Assembly (NCBI GenBank): GCA_973895155.1
Contig: OZ316897.1
Span: 14,941,375-15,005,374, forward strand
Direction of reading: 5' to 3'
Origin: Marsupella aquatica
Taxonomy: Eukaryota > Plantae > Marchantiophyta
Length of the DNA stretch: 64,000 bases
Shown here one piece after another: positions 1 through 12,665 of this stretch. Position 1 is the stretch's first letter. Each line of letters begins with the position of its first letter. The notes under the pieces are model-generated. The model was not told where the DNA came from and did no database searches. It saw only the letters and a program-made list of their open reading frames with translations. The translations under genes and the position numbers were made by a program.

Positions 1-3000
1 GGGATATGCGCACACGCAATTACATTTGAAAAATCTCCAAGTTAGTGAAGCAGACCGGCGTGTCAAGGTGATTGAGCTCATTTGACTCGTTGAAATATCA
101 GGATTTATCGCTGTCTGGGTTCCTAAAAACCATCGTTGATTTTAAAGTGACCAATGCGTCTTGCGTTGACATCCAGGTGGGCCTTTTAGGAAATGCCGCA
201 GCTTTTCCCGAGAGTAGAAATGAAGTTGCTTCCAGCCTTGGTGCCAGTGCTTCTAAATTTAGCGATACTCGGCAGCTCATGATTGCCTACGATATCCGGT
301 TAGTTGTCCCCATGTTGACCCCTTTTCGACAGCCGATTTTCTTCCTCTTAGTCAATGTTCAGCTTGCAGAGTTATCCCCGGAACTACGAAATGTGCTCGT
401 AGTCAATGTACCCCCAATGATCAGTGAATCTAAGCTGGCTGTGGTTCATGTCACAGCTGTGTCGGTTTCATCATGGCTAAGATTGTCCTGCGGGAGCTTA
501 TGGATCCATCTAAATTCGCTTATTTCAAATCCTTCCTCACGCAAGTAAGTATATTTTGATGACGACGATGATGCTTGCAGGGTTCTGAGCAAACGATAGA
601 AATTGTTTTGGTTATATCGCATATGTTCGCTAACAGTGACAATGTGCGCATGTGCAGGGTCATGATCCTGCTGGTCTACGTGATATGTTCATTAGTTTGG
701 TGAATAAAGGGTCCCCTTCAGGCAACCCTGGGATTCAGGTTAGTAGATGTCGATGTGTAGTCAGCAATCCTTGCGGTAAATTTATTGCGATTCTGGCCAG
801 AGAAAATCGATGAATTACTTATACTTGCTTCCTTACCAGAGATTGTGTGATACAAACTCAGGTGCTGGACAGAGACGGTGGTGTGGGTTGGAACTTGCTG
901 GCAGAGATGCTTGCAATCAAGCCAACCGATCGCTTAAGGTGGGTGTGCTAGGTTTTTATCATTGACTCTAGAGATTTGTTTGGGTTTCTGGTTTGACTTG
1001 TGCTGATCTCTTAAAATCTACCTACGTGTCCTGTACCTCAACTATAAACCTGCGGTAGAATGACATTGTGATTTTTCGATGCAGTTGCAAGGATGCGTTG
1101 AGGCATCCGTTCCTCTGTGGGCCTATGTGGCGAGTAGCACCATCTATTGATATGACAAGGTGGAGTATTGGGTCCACAACAGTCCGAATAGTCGAGGAAT
1201 ATATTTACGGTCCCCAACAGGTTTGTGTTCTTACCTAATGAAAGAAGCTCGAACTTGCCTGTGTCAAACGCTTGCAAGGTTGATCTATTGTGCCACGGAG
1301 AGAATCTGAACGAGAACATAGTTCGAGGGAACTCCACGAGTTAAGTTTGAGGACTAATGTCCCACAAGTTAGATATGAGATCCATTGATTTGTCTGATTG
1401 GCAAGATTTCAAATCTTGATTCCAAAGGTTAGAGATTAAGATTTACTGTTCATGAGCCTTGTAATGATCACTTTCCTTCTGTTTGTGAGAGGATCACGTC
1501 AACTTTATAGGCAACGTTCGTTATAAAGGATTACGAGATGTTCTGGCTTTCGCATATCTAGTAGTCTCTGATTGTGATTAAGAAGGTTTTGAACACGCTG
1601 TTGCTATTTCACCACTCCCAACCCATGTTCGACCGTTCTGATTAGTGCGTTATCGGATTTTCCTGTACAGCGAAATAGATTGTCGAAGCTGGTTGAAATT
1701 TTGGAGAGAATGAACCCCAACAGCACCTCCGAGGTACACATCAAGGCATTCCTGTCGCAAATCAAAGCTAGTTCGAAATGGTGTGTCGCTATTCTGTAAC
1801 ACTTTCGTGATTCGGGACATGTTCTTTTTCCCTTGCTGATAAATGCGGAAGTTTCTTGCTTCTTACCCGTTTGAAGCTGGTGAATTGTATTTTCATTTGG
1901 GTTTGCCTCTTTCTTTTACATCATCGGATTTCTCTTCTATTAAATTGGTGATTAGTTTGGGTGATTGGTTCACAATTTAGTCTTCACTTTCATGTCAGGG
2001 ATGGGCCGAGTTGGCTAGTGGTAGATGGCGCCTCCTGTACCACACCGGACCACAGATTGGACTTACAACGCGAAAGGTTGGAACGGTGTACCATGCCATC
2101 CCTTCTTCAACTGTTGATGTGTCTTCTGTCAAGAACGCGCAGTGTGTCGGGGCATAATTTGTTTTTCATCACATTATCCGTGAAACACTCTCGGGTTTCA
2201 TTTCAGATTAAGTTTTCATAACTGGATATTGCTTTCCCATCAGATCTGCATTTTAGCAACATATTTAAACCGTCGTGGACACATTGATATGAATATTCGT
2301 TGTTACTGGACGTCCGGTCGTCTAGTTTCGCATTCCTTGCTTGTTGGTCGAAGCCGCCATTCAGTACGGTCTGCTGACGGTAGAATGTTTTCCCATTTCT
2401 CTGCAGGCCTCTCCAGCAGTCCTGATTAAAGGGGTCACATTAAGTTTCAAGAAATCACAAAATGACCTGTCAATGACTTCAGAAATAAAATTTACAGCCA
2501 TGAGTCCCGACCATTGGCCTCATGACAAAAGTGGAGTCAAGGGGATGTTGAAAGTCAGCTCACCTACTATATCCCTCGCCGATGGTGAGAGACTGTACTT
2601 ATCAGTCGTTAGGACAGAGGAGAAACAGGGGTCAACTAGTAAAACCCCAGCAGCAAAGATAAGCGACAAGGCGCAAGATCCAGCCGAGAAAAGCAAAAGC
2701 AGCCGAAATCAGAGAAGATCTCGGCAACTTCTACCAGATGAGCCTGGTCCAGCATCTCTGCCGATTGTGCGGATGTTCTCCCAAGCTGAGCTTGAATTCG
2801 AATTGGAGCTGGACCAGAATGGGCTAGACAAGTCCTTCCCTCAACGGGCTCTTACCGAAGTTAGACGCCAAGTACCTAAGGAAATGTTTGATCTAAGTCG
2901 GTTGGTATGTGCCACCTACATCGACTCCCGGCTGATGGTGTTGAGAGGGGTATCAGGGTCAGCCTGCCTCTTCACTCGGTCTCCGCTGGTTAGCAAGTCA

Positions 3001-3015
3001 GGACGTTTAAATTGA
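1..3015 (+). CDS. FBN11: 3' part of multi-exon gene, kinase-like + PAP/fibrillin protein (FBN11/PAP14/ORG1-like); 5' end lies outside the window
   Basis: GT-AG exons (approx. 1-67, 177-298, 458-545, 658-738, 862-938, 1085-1220, 1671-1733, 1999-2076, 2407-3015) splice to HTQLHLKNLQVSEADRRVK-VGLLGNAAAF...QLMIAYDIR-CVGFIMAKIVLRELMDP...DGGVGWNLL...DALRHPFLCGP...GRWRLLYHTG...FDLSRLVCATYIDSRLMVLRGVSGSACLFTRS. This matches my recollection of Arabidopsis ORG1/PAP14. Confidence 0.85.
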
Positions 3016-5955
3016 GAAACAGTCTTCCCACACCCGGATGTGCTGAGACTCGTTCAGATTCCTATGCTTGGCACTTGACGTTCTGCCTGTTGCGCTTCTG
3101 GAGCAGCCAGCCAATTGGAATGAATGTCTGCTTGGATCTTAGATCAGCGGAATTATCAGTTGCCCCTCATTCTCGAAGGTGTGCGACGGTATAGGGGAGG
3201 CGGGGAACTACCAGGTACCAGGAGATGTGGAAGTCTAATATTCAAGCACAAAATTGTACTGTCTGCAAGTTGTGAGTGGGATTATTGCACTGTGTGCAAG
3301 CCTTCAGTCTAAATCAGTCGACATTCAACTGGTTGTAATTAGCGGGGACATTTGGGGTCAGGTGTTTTTCGAATTTGTCGACGAATGGGTTACAATTGGA
3401 TGTGGCGAGAACGATATCAGTGCACACTTTCACATGTGCTCAGTTTTCCTGCTCATGGATGAAGCGCATCATCACGCATACGTCGGCGTGCAGGACAGCA
3501 TGATTGGTTCGTTGTACAAGTTGTAAATATATGTGGCTCCCAGTTGGAATGCATGCCTACTTTTTTCTGTAGGTTACTTTGCGCTCTTTGATCCCTCTCT
3601 CTGAAAACGTCGCCATTGTCAACCTGTTGGAACTTATAATTCTTTTTCCCGAGGGAGCATCCGCTGACCAATGTTTTGGTCTCCTTTTGTTCCATTTGTT
3701 GCATTTTGGGGAGCTTTCATGTGTCTGGGATGTAACTGAGCATAATTCTTCTCATTGAACATTGCTGTAACTTTGCAGCAATCTTTTATACTTTCACCCT
3801 TGTGAAGCAGGTTATCTGCAACTTTGGTTCGCGGGACGTAATTGTCCCAAACTGACGCGATGGCGAAAAGTGATTGTAGATGCCATATTATGCAACTGAT
3901 GCGTGATAGGTGCTGTGCAATTGGGAATTCTTAATGTGCACGATCTTGCTTTGCTCAAACACATCTGGACTAGGTATGCTAAATATACACCAAATTCAGA
4001 GTTTGGGAAACCACACAAATCTATAAGGGTTTGGGTAGGGCGATAATAGACTGGTCGGCGCAATTCCAAGGTAGCTCGGGGCTCGTTTTTTGCCTCGAAA
4101 AAACCAAGGTAGCTCGGGCTCTTGACAAGTTCTCATTCAACAACCAATCTGGGCCTATCCGGTCTTCGCTTTCGAACCTGAGTTACCTAAAGTAGGAGTC
4201 CTAAAAATGGCAGGAAACAATGTTCGTAGGGTGCATTCCAACCAGGGGGCACACTTTGCGAGATTTGACCGGGGATTTGACAACGTTTCAAACTGCAGAC
4301 CGGGAAACCGAGGTCTACATCGCGGGGAGCAATTGTCTCAAGGGAGACGGATTTCCAGGAGGCCCACGAGATTGAGTGTTAGGGGTCATCTCGGTTTGAT
4401 CGTCGAGCTCTCAACCCAAGATAATCAACTAAACAACAAAGCGGACAACGTTTTTCTCGGTGTGCATCATCATTTAAGCTCTCAACTTAAGGCGAAATTT
4501 ATTTCTAACCCCTAGATTCCTCGTGATAACATACTGTCATGGAAACTGTGAACCAGACTCAAATCTGCCTTGCCCGTCTCCTATAGAAATAGAAGGGATA
4601 AGGCACGGGTACTATTCAATCCGAACATTCGAATGCTAGCATCTTTTCGTTTGCCTCGAACTAACCAAATGAATGCCATTCAAACAGCCAACATACAAAA
4701 CAGGGAGCCCAAAAAGGGACACCATCCCAAGGCACCGAAGGTCGACTTGCTAAGACCGGAGAGGCCGGTACCAGGGAAGAAGCTGGGCCCCAAAGGAGGC
4801 ACTTTTGGACAGAAAGAAGCTCATCATTTTTTGGTTTTACTAAAAGCACAAGAGAAGTCCTATGGAATTGTTTGGAGTAATTGTTACCATTGTGTCCCGA
4901 CACGACAGGTCGTTCTTCAAACTTTGGTCTGCTCAACTTACTAGACTGATATCCTGTCTGGCGTCATCAGGTGAATAAGTCGAGACGATTTTTACCGGCC
5001 ACCAAATGAACCATCACAAATAGGTTTCAGTTGCCTTGACCTGCTTAGCTAATTCGAAGTCCGACTCAGCTGAGATTATTCACATATAGGACATGCTTGA
5101 CATATCGATTGCCTAATTCCTCCTGCCCATGAATGTTAAATTCGGATTTGGATCAAAATCGAGACACTTGACCAGAGGAAAATTGGTGAAAAGAAATTTT
5201 AAATCATTTTGCCAGTAAAGTTTGAAAAGTTATTGAGACTAGAATTGGGTAAAAAAAGATTTGGTCTTGCGATTGTGTTCAATTCTCTTCAGGAGTTTTG
5301 TTGTGTGACTGTGGCCCTATGATGTTATGCTGCGATTCTCTGTTATTCTGTAACAAATCTGCCTAAATTCAATTGATAATCTTGACTTCGATCAGAGCTC
5401 AAAGCTCAACCTGGAGTTTTATGGAAGGCACTGGCATTAAATAGATGATGCAACATGCACAAATCTCCAGCATGGAAATGAAGCGGCTTCACTTCGTAGT
5501 AAAAGCTTGGAAACCTGAATTCAGGTCAATACCAATCCTTAAGAATCTTTTCTTTCAAATCAGAGCAGAGCTGATGGAATTGACATGCAGGCAACTGGCT
5601 TGGCGATGTTGCCACCGTGATTTTATGATGGTAGGTGCCGTTACGATGAGAAACTCGCAATCTACTCTGTTTCGTGGCAAAAAAAGAGAGGCTCGCAGTA
5701 GTGGTAGCTGACGGTGCTATGACAAAATAAACAATAATTAAGAGGTGTATCCAATTCTCATGAGAGATAAAAAGAGTCAAGCCTGGCAACTATTTTTGAA
5801 AAGTTACACTCCCTTGCTCCCAATGAAAGAAAAAACCTGAGAGCGAACAACCAACCAAAGACAAACAAAATTAACCTCCAAAAATTTATTTTTTATGAAA
5901 CCCCTAAACTAACCATGTTTCTTTGCTCTGTCTTCATTGTGTTGTCTTCATTGTG

Positions 5956-6385
5956 TGTTGAACAAAAATGACATTCACAATGACAAGTCCATATCATCCA
6001 AGTAATAGACATAGAGAGATATATGGAAGTTATGGACAGGGGAACATAGAAGAGTTTTACTGCACTTGGGGTCTGTTGGTCTACTGATTCTCCGCAATAC
6101 TTTTTCTAGACCCATATGAAGATCATTCCATCTTGCTAGATATATTAGAATATGACATTTAAGCAAGTTTAGGATACCTAAACCCTAAGCTGTCTCTTCC
6201 CAAGAATGTGAGAATTAAAGGAGTGTGAGAAACCAACACTCCAAGATTTACAATTGCTCGGAGGACTAAACAATGTGTTATATGTGGTAATGCAAATGTC
6301 AATAATCATCGTATAGTCTGGAAAGGTGTGTACATGTAGTAGTGCCGGATGACTAGCTGGTCCGGTCAATAGGTAGAGTCTAACA
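5956..6385 (-). repeat. Putative 3' LTR of the Bianca-like copia
   Basis: Minus strand reads polypurine tract CCAAGGGGGAG (6396-6386) immediately followed by TGTTAG. The distal end ...TCAACA at 5956 is tentative because no second LTR is present for comparison. Confidence 0.55.
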
Positions 6386-6709
6386 CTCCCCCTTGGATAT
6401 ATAGTGACAACTATATAGACAACATAGACTATACCTATTATATCATGTTCATAGAAAATACATGATATGAGTACAAGGGAGGTAGACTGCCTCGTTAAAA
6501 AACTTTTATCAACTCTAGCTAAATAAAAACTCTACCAGTGTAGCAAAGAAAAAATATGAGTGCTAAAGGAAAAAGAGTGCCCTAATAGTCCTCGTCGTAA
6601 TAAATGTTAATACTAAATAAAGTCAAATGCTATAGTAAATCTAGCTTTAGCATCTGTCTCAACAGTAGGTCATCAGCATCATGTCGTCAGCATCATGTTG
6701 TCGGCATCA

Positions 6710-9700
6710 TCAATCATCATGTGGAGCAGTAGCCTCCATGGGCATCATGCGTCGCACGCTCCGTAGTCCAATCGCCTGGCAGTGTCGGTGGTGAACGGCT
6801 GGCAATAGTGATTTGGTGAAGAGATCCGCACAGTTGTCTACACTTGAAATTTGTAAAATGTTGATCTCTGTTCCATGTAACTCGTGGGTGTAGAAGAACT
6901 TCGGAGCTATATGCTTCACGCGATCGCCTTTGATGAATCCTTTCGTGATCTGCTGTATACATGTTGCGTTATCCTCAAAGATGTTAGTAGGCTTCGTTAG
7001 TTTTGGTAGGCCGCATTTGGTGTTGATGTGATTTATAAAAGATCGTAACCAAACGGCTTCACGACTAGCCTCATGTAGAGCTAAGATCTCTGAGTGATTC
7101 GATGAGGTTGCTGTTAGGGTCTGTTTCACGTTTTTCCAAGAAAAAGCGGTACCCCCTATAATAAAAACATATCCGGTTTGGGATTTTGCGGTGTCAGTGT
7201 CAGAAAGATATCCGGCGTCCGCATATCCTATGAGTTCATGGTTTGCACCGAATGGGTAAAATAACCCGGTATCGGTGGTGCCACGCACATACCTAAATAC
7301 GTGCTTAACTTCGTTCTAGTGTCTGGCTGTGGGAGTTGCACTGTGTCTAGCTAGTAAGTTAACTGCAAATACAATGTCTGGTCAGATCTGATTTGCTAAA
7401 TACATTAATGCTCCTATCGCAGAAAGATACGGAGTTTCCGGTCCTAATATTGGTTCATGTTCTTCGCGCTTGCGGAAAACATCAGTATTGTTTTCTAATG
7501 AACGTATCACCATTGGTGACGTCAATGGGTGTGCTAGGTTCATATTGAACTGTTTTAGGATCTTTTCAGTTTGTGTTGTCTGATGGAGCATCATGCCAAT
7601 GGGTAGGATCTCTAGTTGTAAACCTAAAAAAAAGTTTGTATGGCCAAGGTCTTTCATCTCAAATGTTGCTTTGAGACGAGTAATAATATCTTCTGTAATT
7701 TGGGGTGTCCCAAATATGTTTAAGTCATCAACATAAATAGAAACGATGACAAATTTGTCATCCACATGTTTAATAAATAAACATGGAGTAATTACATCAT
7801 GAGAAAAACCCATGGCAATCATTTCATCAGTGAATCTTTGATACCATACTCTGCCACTTTGTTTCAGGCCATATAATGCCTTCAACACGCGGATAGCTAG
7901 TCTGCAGCGAGTATTCCATACGGCTGACATAGGGGTGTCATTGTGTTGAGTTACATGTGTAGATGACACATGAGATGTAACTTGAGGTAATTGGTTTATA
8001 ATCTTAGGTAAATATGGAATATGCGATGTAGCGCCTTGAGCTAAAGCTCAGCGACGTTGCTCCAACTCGGGAGGTGATCGCATATATAGACAAGTGTCTA
8101 AAGTTCCATATAGGTATGCGGTCGCAACATCCAGTTGTCGCATCTGTAGTTTATGGAAAATGGCAAATCCGATAAGGTATCAGAATGTTGTGCTATCCAT
8201 AACTGGTGAGTAAGTTTTATCGTAATGAATTCCCGGTTGTTGGGTAAATCCTTTCCCTACCAGACATGCTTTGTAGCGTACAACCTGGCCTTTATCATTT
8301 CTTTTGTGGACGAAGGTCCACTTGTAGCCAATGAGGTGTACGTCTTGCGGTGTTGGCTCAACTAGGCCAAAAGTGTGTCTGCTTAGTAGGGAATCTAATT
8401 CTCCGTTGATAGCCTTTTGCCATTCAGGCCAATCTGGTCTGTTTTGGCATTCTAAGATGGATATTGGTTTGGGTGTATCATCATTGATATGTGTTGCCAC
8501 CATTAATGCAAAAGCATCATCTATTGAAGTAGTATTTCTATCCCACATCGCACTTGTGTGTGCGTAGTGGATAGAGATCTCTTCATGAGTTGTAGATTCG
8601 GTATGATTGACATCAGGTGAAGGGGGTATAGATGAACCACGCCTTCTTGGTTGTTTATCTTTTGATCCCAGGGTTTGCCACGTTTGGCACAAGGTTGGGA
8701 TATACTTGCTGGCTCACTTGATAATTTGATGCGAGCAGATGCTCTCGCAGCTGGAATATGTGAGCGGGTAACTTGTGTTGTATCGACAAAAGCGTCTCGA
8801 AGTTCTTCCACAATGTTGTGAAGTTGCAAAATTCGCTGAACTTCTTTCTCCCCCTGATTGGTTCTAAGGTCTTGCCAAAATGACGAATGTCTCTCCCACT
8901 CCAAAGGTGGTTGTGGGTGTTCAGGGGTTATTAATGGTGGGTAAATATGCTCATCAAAATGGCAATCTAGAAATCTGGCTTTAAAAACGTCGCCCGTTGT
9001 AGGCTCCATATATTTGATGATGGACGGTGAGACGAATCCGATATATATCCCCAACTGTCGTTGGGGTCCCATCTTGGTTCGTTTGGGTGGAGTAATGGGG
9101 ACCATTACTTGACATCCAAATGAACGAAGATGGGATAGATCGGGTTTGATACCGTTAGCAATTTGATATGGGCTATAGGTATTAAAAGCTGATGGGCGGT
9201 ATTGAATTAATGCATTAGCCTGTAATATGGCATGTCCCCATGCTGAGACGGGGAGTTTCGACTGCATTAGTAGTGGGCGTGCAATTAGTTGAAGGCATTT
9301 AATGACAACTTCAGCTAATCCATTCTGAAAATGCACGTGGGGTACAGGATATTGTACGTCAATGCCAAGTGATGTACAAAAGTCGTCAAATGTTTCAAAT
9401 GTGAATTCTCCTGCATTGTCCACCCTTAGTGTCTTAATGGGGTGATCTGGAAATTGTGCCTTCACGCACAAGATTTGCACCAAGATGTGAGGCATAACCA
9501 TGTTCCTCGTTGAAAGCAGAGTCACATTTGACCATTTGGTTGATGCATCGATCAATACCATAAAGTAGCAGAATGGTCCACTCGGTGGGTTAATTGGCCC
9601 GCAAACATCCGCATGTATGATTTCCAAGAATTTTGGTATCTTGGTTGGCAATTTTGATGTCGTGGGCCTTGTTATTAATTTGCCGCGTGAGCATGCAATG

Positions 9701-9964
9701 CATGGGGTGCTAGTTGGAATGTGGCGTATATTGGTTGGAATGTCGCGTGAATTCTTAATAATTTTGCTTAGCATGGATTGACCGGGGTGGCCGAGGCGTG
9801 CATGCCAAAGCACGGTCAATTCATTCGTTTGAGCATTGTTATGCAGGCATTCAATGTGAGTTACATAAAACCCACATGGGTACGAAAAGGGTCTCTTTAA
9901 TGATTTTCCCCGTAGGGGTATTTTCAACCAACTGGATTACTTCTTGGTCTCTTGTATCGCCTAT
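6710..9964 (-). pseudogene. Copia pol (GAG-pre-integrase, integrase, RT, RNase H), frameshifted and with stops
   Basis: LWHARLGHPG, IHADVCGP, LRVDNAGEF, QNGLAE, YKACLVGKGFTQ, LYGLKQSGR, IYVDDL, FEMKDLG, NCADLFTK in ORFs 8521-9927, 8180-8692, 7382-7969 and 6710-7288. Confidence 0.93.
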
Positions 9965-10523
9965 AACAAGAAGCCTTAAATGATGAGTAACAAGCCCATA
10001 CTTTAGGAACTCTAGCCAAAAAATCAGAAAAACAACGAAAAAGTCAAAAAAGTGCCAAAATTAGCACCTATTTTAGAACAAAAATATGGAGCGAACAAAA
10101 TATGACATAAACTAGCTATGTTTTGACTGCCTAAAAATGACCAAATTCATCTGAAGTTACATGAAACCAATAAATGACCACAAATACAACACTATTATCT
10201 ACAATGGTCTCACAACTACACGAGCTGTCTCTTGAACCGACAACTAAATCACCTCCAGAAGCCATTGTCATTTAAAAACCAGAAAATAAACTACTACAAC
10301 TTAACCTGATACACATATTGTGAAAAAAAGACAAGGAGGATAGAAATGACACCATCTAATTGAATTGAAACACAACCCACTAAGAAAATATTAAACTACA
10401 AATTTCTCAAGAAACTTTAACCATGAATTCATGAATAAGTGGTAAAGGCATTTTGAAAATTTGAAAATTTTCAAGTTATCCATGTTTTCCAATGTTAATG
10501 TCACAAACAATAACTACTTTTCA

Positions 10524-12625
10524 TTACTCAGATCCAGAAGTCCTCAATTCTTGAAACAAAATATCCCTAGATTTATCTCCTAGTGGGGTTCTAGCTGATC
10601 CATTCTCTTGTTCTTGCTCTTTCTTTTCTGCCAAAAATTCAGTCAATCGGATTTTGATTCGATCTACTGTCTTTTTGTACAATGTATCAGATTTTGTCAA
10701 CATGAAGTTGTAAGCAAAACAGTCGTTGAAGATAAATCGAGCTCTTGGTGAAACCATATTGGTTTCAAAGTTTCCTTTCCCACGACCACTTTTCTTCTTT
10801 TCATAGTTTAAGACTTTTGGTAAGTACTTGGCTTTCCAAGGATCTGACCCGGTTTTTTGCAGCATGCCATAAAACATAAATCATTTTTGGAATGTTGAAC
10901 TCGTCGCGCTGGTCAATTCTTTCCACCTTGGCCACCCAAAATGTTTCCGATTCTTCTCCAGCAACAGAAATATAAGTGTTGACTTCAAGATCCAAAAAGT
11001 CTCCTTCCATATTCTCCTTCTCTGCATCTATCTTTCCTTGATTCCGATAAGGACCCACGTATATATCTCTGGTAGGTATACTCTCTCTTCAATTTCCTCT
11101 TCATTGACAAGGACTCTGGGAACTTCAGCAGCAACAGCAATCTCCCCTTGGGAACGTGGTCATTGAAAAGGGAAAATCAATGGTCTTTGATCAAGGAGCA
11201 AGGATTATTCAATTCCTGCTGCTCTTCAAAAAACATTCTCCACTAGTTCACTTCCTCTTCTGAGAATAAAGTTTCAACTGCAAGTATTCCCTTTTGAATC
11301 TCATTTAACAAATCATCCATCTCCTTCAAAGTCATTCTTGAAGAACTAGACATATTTGGTTGAGTCCTTGTAACGTTCTTATCCCCCTTTTTGAAAAAGG
11401 GTAATCCAGGAGCACAACCCATCACCTTTTCTGGCTCCTCTTCCCTCAAAAATTTCACACCTCCGTCAGGTTTCCAAGTTGAGTCCATGGAAAACTTCTT
11501 CCCCCCATTGGGTTGGAACTTGATCTTCCAACTTGTCAAATGCAAATTTGTACTGGTGGTGGAAGGTAACATTTTGAATCCTTTCAATGACTAAAGGTGG
11601 ATCTGAGAAGGCATATTGACGGAAATCATATGTTTCCTTTAAAAGAGTGATATTTGGTTGGGGTTGATATGATTCACAAATGATATCACATAGGCTTTCG
11701 TATGTGAATGCCTTAAACCTTGCTAGTCGTTTAGAAAATCGACTGAACATTTGATCTATTTGGTCGTGTGTGTGTCCAACCAACAAGAATCCTAGTTTGA
11801 TTTTCCGAAAAACCTTTCTTCGAATCAACATATGAAGATAGGCAAAGAGTAAATTATTTTTATTTTCTCTACTGGTATTATCAAGTTGAAGATAGAGAAC
11901 AGGCGGCAAGCCACCAGGATTTTCTTCCCATTCGTGAAACACCCTTTGCAGGATTGTGACTGTCAAGTTTCCATCATTATGCAATACAGGATAATTAAGA
12001 AACACTCTTGAAAATAGTGCACCATTGAAAACCAGGCATCCGACAATGTGCATTTGGATCAAACATGTTTCGTCCACCAATTTTGGGGGCCGCGGCCAAT
12101 GAGGCAACCTTGTCTTCTTCTGATCCATCCCATCAATGATAACTCCAAAATATTTATCAGGATTTGAAAAACATTTCTTACGATGCTTCGCGAGTTTCTC
12201 ACGTTCTTTGGATTGTTGATCTCTATGTTTTTGTAACATAATTTCCCCTCGCCCTGGAAAAACAACATGAGAGTTTCTTCAAAAAAAATAGAAATCATGT
12301 GCTAAGCCATATTCTTGAAACAAAATACTTGTCAAGCTTGTAAGTAACTTACTCTTTTCGGTCTCCGAGACAGCTTTGTCCCGAATTGATTTGAACTCCT
12401 CGCAACCCGCGCAAGCATTGAATCGATTGACTGGAGGAATCTTCACATGACCAAATTCTTGAACCCAAACTTTCAAGAATTGTCGATAGGATATTTTTGA
12501 TGATTCATCAATCTTGGCATAGTTGGAGTCGTAGATCTTTCATACCTCCAGCTTTGAATAATTATCCGGTAAATGTGAAACTTCTTTATTTGGCAATGTT
12601 TCCACGCGTGTCTCAGTGTGTGAAA
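10524..12625 (-). pseudogene. Sola-like (DUF7869-type) DDD transposase, 5'-truncated, frameshifted, one intron (~12254-12352)
   Basis: Motifs F..C..C (RFNACAGC), IIDGMDQ, LYLQLDNTSRENKN, FLLVGHTHDQIDQMFS. The C-terminal extension continues through fragments 11243-11587, 10801-11058 and 10524-10877. Confidence 0.8.
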
Positions 12626-12665
12626 GGATGCTGAGGTTCTTAATGCCAATGATAACCTATTTCAG

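Noticed and set aside
72-548. 158-aa ORF as an independent gene
   Set aside because: It is read-through of introns around an FBN11-like exon; the spliced model explains it.
4060-5200. ORFs 4207-4515 and 4570-4944 and a short direct repeat (CCAAGGTAGCTCGGG x2)
   Set aside because: No recognisable domain, TIR or TSD; cannot support a call.
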